Positions 18,645-27,391 of a DNA stretch of 64,000 nt are shown in pieces. The notes beneath the pieces are model-generated. The model saw only the letters and a list, made by a program, of their open reading frames with translations. It was not told where the DNA came from and searched no databases. The stretch spans positions 3,637-67,636 of the forward strand of contig JAEDFL010000004.1 in assembly GCA_016292785.1 (NCBI GenBank), written 5' to 3'. How positions within the stretch are numbered: position 1 is the first letter of the stretch; each line of letters opens with the position of its first letter. This stretch comes from Clostridiaceae bacterium (GTDB lineage: Bacteria; Bacillota; Clostridia; Oscillospirales; Acutalibacteraceae). The translations under genes were made by a program, and so were the position numbers.

Positions 18645-21050
18645 TTGAATAAAGCATTGGAATACAGGGTTATGCCCACGGTTGCCCTCAGGGGACTGGT
18701 TGTTTTTCCCGGAATGGGAGTGACCTTTGACGTCGGCAGAACCCGTTCGTTACAGGCGATCAAGGCGGCAATGGCTGACGATCAGAAGATTTTCCTTGTC
18801 GCTCAAAAGGACGTCAGGGACGATGAGCCTGATATTGACCGCCTTTTTAAGATCGGTACGGTGGCGAAGATCAGCCACATTCTCCGCCTGCCGAACAGCG
18901 ACACCGTCAGGGTTTCCGTTGACGGATTGTCAAGAGCGTCGCTAGTCGATATGCTCCAAAGCGAGCCGTACCTCATCACAGACGTGAAGCTTCGCCGTGA
19001 GCCTGCAATCCGTCCCGACGACAAGGACTATGCGACAGCTCTCGTCCGTCAGACCAAGGACTATTTTGAAGATTACGCCGAGGTCGTTCCGCAGATGCCT
19101 GCCGAGATCATTCTCGACGTACTCGAAAAGAACGATCCGGGAGAGCTTGCCGATTATATCGGATCGAATATTATGCTCGAATACAAGAAGCGTCAGCAGA
19201 TACTTAACGAGATAAATCCGCTCAAGCGGCTTGAAAAGGTATGCTGTATGCTTGCCAACGAGGGCGACCTGATGAAGATTGAAAACGAGATCAATCAGAG
19301 GGTTCAGGAAAATATAGACAAAAGCCAGCGTGAATACTATCTCAATGAGCAGATGAAGGTGATTTCCGAGGAGCTGAACGACGGACTTTCTCCGCAGGCG
19401 GAATGTGACGAGTTCCGTGAGAAAATCAAGGCTCTCGGTCTTGACGAAAAGTCGGAAAACAAACTGCTCAAGGAATGTGCAAGGCTTGAGAAAATGTCCT
19501 CCACCTCTCCCGAAGCGACGGTCATAAGGGTTTATCTCGAAACCTGCCTTGAGCTTCCGTGGCACAAGTATTCGACGGATAAGCTCGATCTTGTTCACGC
19601 AAGGAAAGTCCTTGACCGTGATCATTACGGTCTTGAAAAAGTTAAGGAAAGAATTATCGAAGCTCTTGCCGTCCGCAAGCTTTCCGACGGCTGTTACGGT
19701 CAGACTCTCTGCCTCGCAGGCCCTCCGGGCGTCGGCAAGACCTCGATCGCAAAGAGTATTGCTTCGGCAATGGGACGCAGCTTTGCGAGGATATCCCTCG
19801 GCGGCACAAGCGACGAGGCAGAGATCAGAGGTCACAGAAAAACTTATATCGGCGCAATGCCGGGCAGAATTATTAACGCTGTCAAGCAGGCAGGCACGCA
19901 AAATCCGATAATTCTGCTTGACGAGATTGACAAGCTCGGCTCGGACTACAAGGGCGATCCCTCGTCGGCTCTGCTTGAGGTGCTTGACGGAGAACAGAAC
20001 AGCACCTTTGTTGACCGATATATCGAGCTTGAGTTTGACCTCAGTAAGGTTATGTTCATCACCACGGCAAATGACCTTTCAACCGTTCCTAAGCCCCTGC
20101 TTGACAGAATGGAGATAATCGAGCTTGCAGGCTATACCAACGAAGAAAAGTTCAACATCGCCAAGAAGCACCTTGTTCCTAAGCAGGCGAAGCTCCACGG
20201 ACTTAACGGCAGAACTTTCAAGATAAACGACAAGGCTCTGTATGCTCTGATTGACGGCTACACCCGTGAATCGGGAGTCAGAAAGCTTGAGCAGAAGATT
20301 TCCGCCCTTTGCAGAAAAGCGGCGGCAGAGATAGTCGGCGGCGATGCAAAATCGCTGACGGTAAAGGAAGCTAACCTCGAAAAACTGCTCGGTCCTAAGA
20401 AATATCTTCCGCTTTCCTTGGACGGTGAAGCGGAGATCGGCGTTGTCAACGGCCTTGCGTGGACGAGCGTAGGCGGAGAGATGCTCCAGGTTGAAGCGGC
20501 GGTATTCGACGGCACGGGTAAGGTAGAGCTGACAGGCTCGCTCGGCGACGTGATGAAGGAATCGGCGATGGCGGCGGTCAGCTTTATCAGAAGCAAGGCG
20601 GACAAATACGGAGTGAACAGCAAGTTCTATAAGGAAAAGGACATTCATATTCACGTTCCCGAGGGCGCCGTTCCCAAGGACGGACCTTCGGCAGGAGTGA
20701 CAATGGCGACAGCCCTGCTTTCGGCTTTGACGGATACTCCCGTTAATCAGTTTGTTGCGATGACAGGCGAAATTTCCCTCAGGGGCAGAGTTCTGCCGAT
20801 CGGCGGACTGCGTGAAAAAACCATGGCGGCTTACAGAATGGGAATCAAGACGGTCATCATTCCGCAGAAGAATGTTCCCGACCTTGCCGAAATTGACGAG
20901 AAGGTCAGGTCGGCGATTAAATTTGTTCCCGTGACGGAGCTTGACGAGGTTTTTGACGTTGCACTCATAAAATCCGATGATGAAAAAGAAAGAAAAAGCA
21001 TTGCAGCCTCGGTCAAAAAGGACAAGGGCTTTGCGGCAATGCGGATTTGA
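18645..21050 (+). CDS. lon: ATP-dependent Lon protease (LonA)
   Basis: 801 aa with a TTG start. N-terminal LON domain, Walker A GPPGVGKTS, protease serine motif KDGPSAGV. Confidence 0.95.
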   Translation: MNKALEYRVMPTVALRGLVVFPGMGVTFDVGRTRSLQAIKAAMADDQKIFLVAQKDVRDDEPDIDRLFKIGTVAKISHILRLPNSDTVRVSVDGLSRASLVDMLQSEPYLITDVKLRREPAIRPDDKDYATALVRQTKDYFEDYAEVVPQMPAEIILDVLEKNDPGELADYIGSNIMLEYKKRQQILNEINPLKRLEKVCCMLANEGDLMKIENEINQRVQENIDKSQREYYLNEQMKVISEELNDGLSPQAECDEFREKIKALGLDEKSENKLLKECARLEKMSSTSPEATVIRVYLETCLELPWHKYSTDKLDLVHARKVLDRDHYGLEKVKERIIEALAVRKLSDGCYGQTLCLAGPPGVGKTSIAKSIASAMGRSFARISLGGTSDEAEIRGHRKTYIGAMPGRIINAVKQAGTQNPIILLDEIDKLGSDYKGDPSSALLEVLDGEQNSTFVDRYIELEFDLSKVMFITTANDLSTVPKPLLDRMEIIELAGYTNEEKFNIAKKHLVPKQAKLHGLNGRTFKINDKALYALIDGYTRESGVRKLEQKISALCRKAAAEIVGGDAKSLTVKEANLEKLLGPKKYLPLSLDGEAEIGVVNGLAWTSVGGEMLQVEAAVFDGTGKVELTGSLGDVMKESAMAAVSFIRSKADKYGVNSKFYKEKDIHIHVPEGAVPKDGPSAGVTMATALLSALTDTPVNQFVAMTGEISLRGRVLPIGGLREKTMAAYRMGIKTVIIPQKNVPDLAEIDEKVRSAIKFVPVTELDEVFDVALIKSDDEKERKSIAASVKKDKGFAAMRI

Positions 21051-21646
21051 GGCTGAAGATGAGATTTGATAAGGTGAAATACGAGGCTTCCTACGGTACG
21101 GCTCAGCAGCTGCCGAAAAGCGACCACACGGAGATCGCTTTTGCAGGTCGGTCGAATGTTGGAAAATCCTCAATGCTCAATAAAATACTGAACAGAAAAA
21201 ATCTTGCAAGAGTAAGCTCCGTTCCGGGCAAAACGGTCACGGTCAATTTCTTTGACTGCGACGGGGTAAAGCTCGTGGATCTTCCCGGCTACGGCTATGC
21301 GAAGGTCAATTTCAACGAGAAAAAACGCTGGGCGGATCTGATGGAGGGATATTTCACATCGGGAAGAAACATCCGCCTTGTAGTTCAGCTCACGGATATG
21401 CGCCACCCGGTCACCAAGGACGACCTTGATATGATGAGGTTTATGAAGTCGTCAGGCTATAATTTCATCGTTGTTATGACCAAGAGCGATAAGCTCAACA
21501 AAACCGAACGGGCAAATCGGCTTGAAGCGGTAAAGCAGGAGCTTGCCGAATTTGACGGCGTGCAGATAATTCCGTTCTCCGCCTCCAACGGCGATGGTGC
21601 GGAGGAGATCCGCAAAGCAATCGAAGCGGCGGCGGAAAGAAACTGA
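21047..21646 (+). CDS. engB: ribosome biogenesis GTPase YsxC/EngB
   Basis: AFAGRSNVGKSSMLN G1 motif and DLPGYG G3 motif. The lon-engB adjacency is the one known from Bacillus. The start could instead be ATG at 21059. Confidence 0.9.
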   Translation: MRLKMRFDKVKYEASYGTAQQLPKSDHTEIAFAGRSNVGKSSMLNKILNRKNLARVSSVPGKTVTVNFFDCDGVKLVDLPGYGYAKVNFNEKKRWADLMEGYFTSGRNIRLVVQLTDMRHPVTKDDLDMMRFMKSSGYNFIVVMTKSDKLNKTERANRLEAVKQELAEFDGVQIIPFSASNGDGAEEIRKAIEAAAERN

Positions 21647-21820
21647 AGATAGGCTTACAAACTCCCTGAACACGGTTGTTCGGGGAGTTTTTTAAGCGGA
21701 CAAATTATTTTTCTATTTGTGCAAAAATTATATTTTTCAAAAAATTTTTCTAAAATTATTGACTATTTTGCGCAAATATGGTACTCTGTGCTTAGGGGAA
21801 AAAGATTTGGAGGCGTTTTT

Positions 21821-24454
21821 ATGCGTAAATCATTGTCAATTCTTTTAAGCATTATAATGGCATTATCCCTGTTAGCGTATATTCCCTGTACCGCATTTGC
21901 GGCGGCCGAGGACGCTATCGGTAAATATGACTTCAAAATCACCAACCCGTATGAAACGGTTGATTGGGACACCTGGAAGGCATATAAGGGAGCAACCCAC
22001 GTCCACACCGTCAGAAGTGACGGAAACGTTGAGCTTAACGATATGATCGAGGAATACTACTCCAAGGGATATCAGGCTCTCGCTCTGACCGACCACGGTA
22101 CGGTCAACTACTCATGGACAAAGGATCAGACCCGACTTTCTATCTTCGGCTATCAGTATTTTGTTCACGGAAATATTGATGAGCTTTCCGAGGCAAGATA
22201 TCAGCAGATCACAACAGGCTCCGACAGAGGCGGCGACGGTATGACCGAGATCCCTCTCGGTATCGAGCTTAACGGCTCATCGAGTGCAAAGTGCCATGTC
22301 AACAGCTACTTTGCGGACTGCGGTCACGGTGATCTTGAAATCGACTCCACATGGCCGGAGGACGCAATCAGAAAGAGCCAGAACGCAGGCGGCATCTGCC
22401 ACATCAACCATGTCGGTGAGTGGACAGAGGGCAAGAGCGATATCAACACCTACAACGCAGATTTCGTTTCAAGGTATGCTAATCTTTTCCTGAATTATTC
22501 GGCTTGCATCGGTATGGAGCTTGTCAACACGACCGATAACAGAACTCATAACGACCGTTATCTCTATGACGAAACCCTCAAGGTAACGGCTCCCCTCGGC
22601 AGAAACATCTGGAGCTTCTGCGAGGACGATTCCCACGATTACGAGGACGTTGAGAACAACGCTCAGTATTTCGTAATGCCCGAGAACAATGCGGCAAATA
22701 TCCGCACAAGTATGGAAAACGGCACATTCTTCGCCTGCTCAAAGAACGCTAAGACGGCGGCAGAGCTTGGCGACGGCTTTGCGGCAGAGGGTGCATTCCC
22801 GATGATAAGCCGTGTTACGGTTGACGATGAAACAAATCAGATCAGCGTCAATCCTTACAACGCTCAGACGGTCAAGATGGTTGCCGACGGCAAGGTTATT
22901 GCCGAAAAATCTGTCGGCTATGACAATCAGACAATCACTTTCGACCTCAACGAATATGAGGACGAGATCGGTTCCTATGTCAGAATTTACGTTCTCGGTG
23001 CAGGCGGTATCTGCTACGCTCAGCCGTTCCTTGTAACCAAGACGGAGTACAAGACCAGCACGGTTCAGTTCCTTCTTCCCTCAAACGACACAACCGTAAC
23101 GGTCAAGGATTCTGACGGCAATGTCGTTGAGCCGTGCAATTCGGATCACTACTACAAGCTCGGCGCAGGCAGATACACATACACGGCAGAAAGAAGCGGC
23201 TTTGAAACAAAGACGGCAAGCTTCTCTATCACTCAGGAGTCCGTAAATGCAGGTCTGCAAATCAAGATTAACGTTGAGCTTCAAGCGGAAATAGGTGCTG
23301 TTTCAACAACATTCTATGTTCCCGAAACGATTTATCTCAACCCGTCAAACAGCACATTCCAATATTATCTCGACAGAGAGAACGCTGTTGACGGCGCACT
23401 CAACAGCAACGCTTCAAAGACAACGGGCAACGTTTACTTCAACTGTGACAAAGCAACGGCTGTCAGCGTTACGGTCAGCGGTGCAACAGTAAGCTATACC
23501 AACGGCAGCAGCGCAACGGGCGGAACTCTTTCCACGGCTGTTTCGTCAGGTAAGCTCAACACGGCTCTTGCTTCCGGCACAGGAACAACGATTGAATGGA
23601 CAGCTTCATATACCCTTGAAAACGGCGAAGCAAGAACGGCTAAGGCATACTCTTACGTATATGCGCCGAACACAAACGAGATCGGTGCGGCGATGAGACA
23701 GGTTCACACATACAGCACAGACGTTTACAATCAGGGTATTCTCTATGCGATAGGTCTTGAGAGCGTAACAGGCGGTTCGTACACCTGCACAAAGAATTTC
23801 TTCACGGATTCCGCTCCGACCTCCAACACGGGTATCGGCGGCTGGTTTACATCGGCGGCAAACGGCGGCGTTGCTTACAGCAATCACAGCCACAAGTCCA
23901 ACGCAGGCGATTCCCACACAGTAACAGGCGGAACAGGTACGGTTTATGTTGACTCAAGCCGTGTCACCAACCTCAATCAGATTCCTAACCTCAAGATAGG
24001 TTACTGGCAGTGCGACGCCGAGGGCGACACCACGGTTGACGGATATATCAAGCAGACGATCGACGGAGCAACCACCACCGTAAAATCTTTCACAACAGGT
24101 GTCGGCTCGGTTTACAGCAACGGCATCAATTACTCCAACAAGCTCGGTGCCGAGGGCACAAAGAGCATTACGGTTTCCGCTTACTCCCTCAACCTCAGAG
24201 GTAACAGAAAGAACAACAACTACTACAACATTTCGATCAACGCAAACTATGTCAACAAGGAAACGCTCAGAACAGCTTACAATGCGGCTATCCGTTCGGC
24301 ATATGATCCGACAGATTACAGCGCATCGGTTTACAGTACATATTCAGCGGCTCTTATGAATGCCGGTACGGTGCTCGGCGATCCGACAGCAACGGCAAGC
24401 GAGGTTTCGGCAGCATATGCAACCCTTGCAAATGCCACAGGCGCAATGGCATAA
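21821..24454 (+). CDS. secreted PHP-superfamily metallohydrolase, paralog A (PHP domain, beta-sandwich, T/S/G/N-rich domain, FIVAR-like end)
   Basis: Start at MRKSLSILLSIIMALSLLAYIPCTAFA (signal peptide, GGAGG RBS). PHP motifs GATHVHTVRSDG, ALTDHG, GIELN and CHINHVGE. A CarboxypepD_reg/PEGA-like segment (VTVKDSDGNVVEP...GRYTYTAERSGFETKT). The C-terminal 60 aa (ETLRTAYNAAIRSAYDPTDYSASVYSTYSAALMNAGTVLGDPTATASEVSAAYATL) looks FIVAR-like. Confidence 0.8.
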   Translation: MRKSLSILLSIIMALSLLAYIPCTAFAAAEDAIGKYDFKITNPYETVDWDTWKAYKGATHVHTVRSDGNVELNDMIEEYYSKGYQALALTDHGTVNYSWTKDQTRLSIFGYQYFVHGNIDELSEARYQQITTGSDRGGDGMTEIPLGIELNGSSSAKCHVNSYFADCGHGDLEIDSTWPEDAIRKSQNAGGICHINHVGEWTEGKSDINTYNADFVSRYANLFLNYSACIGMELVNTTDNRTHNDRYLYDETLKVTAPLGRNIWSFCEDDSHDYEDVENNAQYFVMPENNAANIRTSMENGTFFACSKNAKTAAELGDGFAAEGAFPMISRVTVDDETNQISVNPYNAQTVKMVADGKVIAEKSVGYDNQTITFDLNEYEDEIGSYVRIYVLGAGGICYAQPFLVTKTEYKTSTVQFLLPSNDTTVTVKDSDGNVVEPCNSDHYYKLGAGRYTYTAERSGFETKTASFSITQESVNAGLQIKINVELQAEIGAVSTTFYVPETIYLNPSNSTFQYYLDRENAVDGALNSNASKTTGNVYFNCDKATAVSVTVSGATVSYTNGSSATGGTLSTAVSSGKLNTALASGTGTTIEWTASYTLENGEARTAKAYSYVYAPNTNEIGAAMRQVHTYSTDVYNQGILYAIGLESVTGGSYTCTKNFFTDSAPTSNTGIGGWFTSAANGGVAYSNHSHKSNAGDSHTVTGGTGTVYVDSSRVTNLNQIPNLKIGYWQCDAEGDTTVDGYIKQTIDGATTTVKSFTTGVGSVYSNGINYSNKLGAEGTKSITVSAYSLNLRGNRKNNNYYNISINANYVNKETLRTAYNAAIRSAYDPTDYSASVYSTYSAALMNAGTVLGDPTATASEVSAAYATLANATGAMA

Positions 24455-24469
24455 ATCAGCATAATATTA

Positions 24470-24505
24470 CGGCGAGGAACTTAACCGTTCCCCGCCGTGT
24501 TTTTA
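24470..24505. terminator. rho-independent terminator between convergent genes
   Basis: CGGCGAGGAAC (24470-24480), loop TTAACC, GTTCCCCGCCG (24487-24497), then TGTTTTTATTATTT. Confidence 0.7.
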
Positions 24506-24513
24506 TTATTTAG

Positions 24514-26040
24514 TTATATGCGAACCAATCTCATTACAACTGTCATAACAAGCTTAACAAAGTTATAGAAGCTTGCCGAACGGATAAATGCGTCCAGGCT
24601 GTCGGCAGGCTCTCCCTTTTCGGGAGTGACCGCACAGAAGGTCTGATTTACGGTATCGTTCTGCATAAACTGCGGATACTCCTCCATATCGAAAACCGTG
24701 AGCTGAGTATCGCTCTCGAAAAGAGTGTTGTAAAAATCACGGTGTCCGTCGTGCGTTTTGCAATGAAGCATATCCTTTACAAACCATGTGCTTTCCGGAA
24801 GAATACAGGTCGAAGCGTCAATCCTGCCATCGGGCGAAAGGAAGTTTTTGTCCGTAAATCTTGCCTGAGTGTAGCCGTCGGGCAGCTTTTCGTCAAGCGG
24901 CGAGCAGGTCGCTCCGCACGAAGCATAGCAGGTGTCCACCGTGCCGTCCGAGGTTGCCTTGTAAGCCGTGACGAGGGGAGTCCTCTGCATATTGTAGCCT
25001 GCAAGGATATAGATATTCGTGCCGCTTGCCTGCGACGAGCGCAGGAGCGTTTCAAGCTTTGACTGCACCTCATAGTGGTAGAAATCAAGCTTTCCGATAA
25101 GCACGGACTGAGTGCTTTCGTCAAGGCGCATAAACTGCTTTGCGCTCTCGTAATACTCGTCGGGAACGAAGCTCCAGATGCCCGGCAGAGTGCCGAAAAT
25201 CGGAATCAGACATTCGTCAAACACCCTGTCCTTGAGATTTGCAACAAGCTCGTCGGCAATGCCGAGAAGTCCGTCCCAGACCCCTGCAATATCGAGCGCA
25301 TCAATCAGCGCATAGAGGAGTCCGCCGCGGAAATCGTTGTCAAGTGCAGGCAAAGCCTGTTTGCCGTAGCGAAGCAGGGCGTTTTTGTTTATCTCAACCT
25401 TGCCGTTGAAAAGCTCGCCTGCAACCGCTGTACCCTGAAGCGGACAGCATTGGAAAATTACCGTTTCAATATCCGCCGTACCGTAAAGACGAATATATGC
25501 GGCGGTAATTACTCCGCCCATGCTTGAAGCACGGAAGCGAACGCTGTCATGATGGGTAAGCTCCTTGACCTCCTGAATGTATGTATGTAGCTTTTCCGCA
25601 TTTTCAATCGGATCAAGTCTGAAATCGTAGCCGAAATAATAGCTCTTGTCAAGTCCGTGCTCTGCGGAGTCGGGGTGCGGCTGTGCAGTTGTAACATTCG
25701 GCTTTGATTTGCCGCTGTTATCGAGGGCAAGGTCGCCGAAGACCTCATTGACACAGCTTATAAGCACATCACCGAAAGCGTCATAGTCCTTGTTTGCAAG
25801 GAGCTTTGCGGCGGCAGGAATAATCGGTGCAAAGGATTTGAGAACCTCATTTGTGTCGGGGCGGAAAAGCACACGCTCGTTTTCCGTTCCCTTGTCACGG
25901 ACGATCTGTGCACTGCCGAGAGCCGCAACATAGATTATCGGAGCTTCGCCGCAGTTACACTTTTCATTTGCCGCATAACACGGCAGAAATGAAACGGAAA
26001 GAATTATAATTGAGGTAATAACGGAAAAAATCTTTTTCAT
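24514..26040 (-). CDS. secreted alpha/beta-hydrolase, lipase-like (paralog of 46582..48564)
   Basis: Signal peptide MKKIFSVITSIIILSVSFLPCYA. Nucleophile-elbow-like ASSMGG. It shares LSPDGRIDASTCILPESTWF with the LSPDGEIDASTGVLPDNTWYF of the 660-aa paralog. Confidence 0.7.
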   Translation of the reverse strand: MKKIFSVITSIIILSVSFLPCYAANEKCNCGEAPIIYVAALGSAQIVRDKGTENERVLFRPDTNEVLKSFAPIIPAAAKLLANKDYDAFGDVLISCVNEVFGDLALDNSGKSKPNVTTAQPHPDSAEHGLDKSYYFGYDFRLDPIENAEKLHTYIQEVKELTHHDSVRFRASSMGGVITAAYIRLYGTADIETVIFQCCPLQGTAVAGELFNGKVEINKNALLRYGKQALPALDNDFRGGLLYALIDALDIAGVWDGLLGIADELVANLKDRVFDECLIPIFGTLPGIWSFVPDEYYESAKQFMRLDESTQSVLIGKLDFYHYEVQSKLETLLRSSQASGTNIYILAGYNMQRTPLVTAYKATSDGTVDTCYASCGATCSPLDEKLPDGYTQARFTDKNFLSPDGRIDASTCILPESTWFVKDMLHCKTHDGHRDFYNTLFESDTQLTVFDMEEYPQFMQNDTVNQTFCAVTPEKGEPADSLDAFIRSASFYNFVKLVMTVVMRLVRI

Positions 26041-26053
26041 TTTTTACCATCCT

Positions 26054-27376
26054 TTATTCAACGGTTATTGTAGCCTTGAGCGTTTCGCCGCCCTTGGCAT
26101 AGGGACTGAACGGCTTGATACGGACGGTGTATGTGCCGCTTTCAAGCGTTCCGATATTGACGTTCATTCCGTCGGAGACGGCTCTGACATAGTTTGAAAC
26201 AACGGTGCCTGACCAAACGTCTTTTAATTTTTCATTGGTAACGGAAATTCTGTAATTCTCCGCACCCCAGAAGCAGTCTGCATCGGGGAAGCTGAGAACA
26301 ACCTCACCCTCTGAATTTCTCTGAGCCACAATCTCTGCGTTTTCAGGGAATTCGGGAGCGGTGTCGAGCGATTTCAGATTGCCCCATGTATATCTGTGGG
26401 CGGTCGGATTGGTGATATCTGTGAGGTAGTATTCGTTCTTCTCAAAGAAACGGTGATTGGCAAGATCAAGGAGCTGAAGCCTTGTGTTGCCCTCTGCGTC
26501 AACCTCAACGATCCAGCATACTCCGGTATCGCCGGGTGCGTCCTCAGTACCCAGATAATTCAGATTACTCATCTGAGCGCAGGTGGAACCTGTGTTGACC
26601 GTGGTAAAACGTCCCTGCCTGATACTGCGAGGATCATTGGCGGCGTAATGAGAGTGACCGGAGAAGTCGATCACCTGGGGATATTTTTCAAGGACTGCCA
26701 TGACGGAAGGGTCGCCCCAGTTGATACTGCCGAATACCGTTGCAAACGGGTGAGGATGCTGAAAGACGAAGACGGGCTTGCTCGGATCGTCCTTGGTTGC
26801 CTCACGAAGCTGAGCATCAAGCCACTCGGTTTTACCTGTGAAGGTCTTGCCGTTGTCGTCATAGGAAACGCCGATAAAATGATAGCCGTTAATGACAACG
26901 TGGGTGTCAACGTTTTCGTTGATGAACTCCTTGTATTTTTCATAGCCGACCGTAGCGTCGTAGTCACGGTAGGCTATAAACTCGTGGTTGCCCATAACGG
27001 TCAGAAGCTGAGTTTCGTCCTTGATATTTGCGTTGACGATTTCGTTAAACTGACTGTATTCCTCGGGAAGTCCTCTGTTGGCAAAGTCGCCTGCAACGAG
27101 GACTGCGTCGAGCCTGTTGTAGTCACAGCCTTCGGCATAGCTATATGCGTCCTTGAACAGAGCCGCAAATTTTGTTGCTCTGTTTTTGTCGTTTGTGCCG
27201 TCAAGGTGAACGTCGCTGCACACGGCAAAACGCAGTACGGGAGTGAACGCTTCGGGTGTTTGCGGCAGCTCCTGTTTTGTTCCTGCAATGAGGGACGAGA
27301 AGCTGAAAAGAATTGTAAAAACGAGAGTTAAAACTGCGCTGAGAAACTGACCTAAAATATTTTTAAAAGAAAACAT
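26054..27376 (-). CDS. membrane-anchored or secreted calcineurin-like metallophosphoesterase with a C-terminal Ig/FN3-like domain
   Basis: N-terminal signal anchor. Motifs CSDVHLD, AGDFANRG, GNHE, QHPHP and GHSHY. The C-terminal ~90 aa form a beta-sandwich-like segment. Confidence 0.8.
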   Translation of the reverse strand: MFSFKNILGQFLSAVLTLVFTILFSFSSLIAGTKQELPQTPEAFTPVLRFAVCSDVHLDGTNDKNRATKFAALFKDAYSYAEGCDYNRLDAVLVAGDFANRGLPEEYSQFNEIVNANIKDETQLLTVMGNHEFIAYRDYDATVGYEKYKEFINENVDTHVVINGYHFIGVSYDDNGKTFTGKTEWLDAQLREATKDDPSKPVFVFQHPHPFATVFGSINWGDPSVMAVLEKYPQVIDFSGHSHYAANDPRSIRQGRFTTVNTGSTCAQMSNLNYLGTEDAPGDTGVCWIVEVDAEGNTRLQLLDLANHRFFEKNEYYLTDITNPTAHRYTWGNLKSLDTAPEFPENAEIVAQRNSEGEVVLSFPDADCFWGAENYRISVTNEKLKDVWSGTVVSNYVRAVSDGMNVNIGTLESGTYTVRIKPFSPYAKGGETLKATITVE

Positions 27377-27391
27377 CTTCTAAAACCGTCC

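Noticed and set aside
18942-21173. 319-aa and 364-aa minus-strand ORFs (18942..19901 and 20079..21173)
   Set aside because: Both are antisense shadows of lon and engB. They are Arg/Leu/Ser-rich with no motifs.
26396-27331. 311-aa plus-strand ORF, and similar long antisense ORFs at 29192..30880, 32173..32931 and 35547..36176
   Set aside because: All lie opposite well-supported minus-strand genes of the glycogen-extended cluster and have no start context or motifs.
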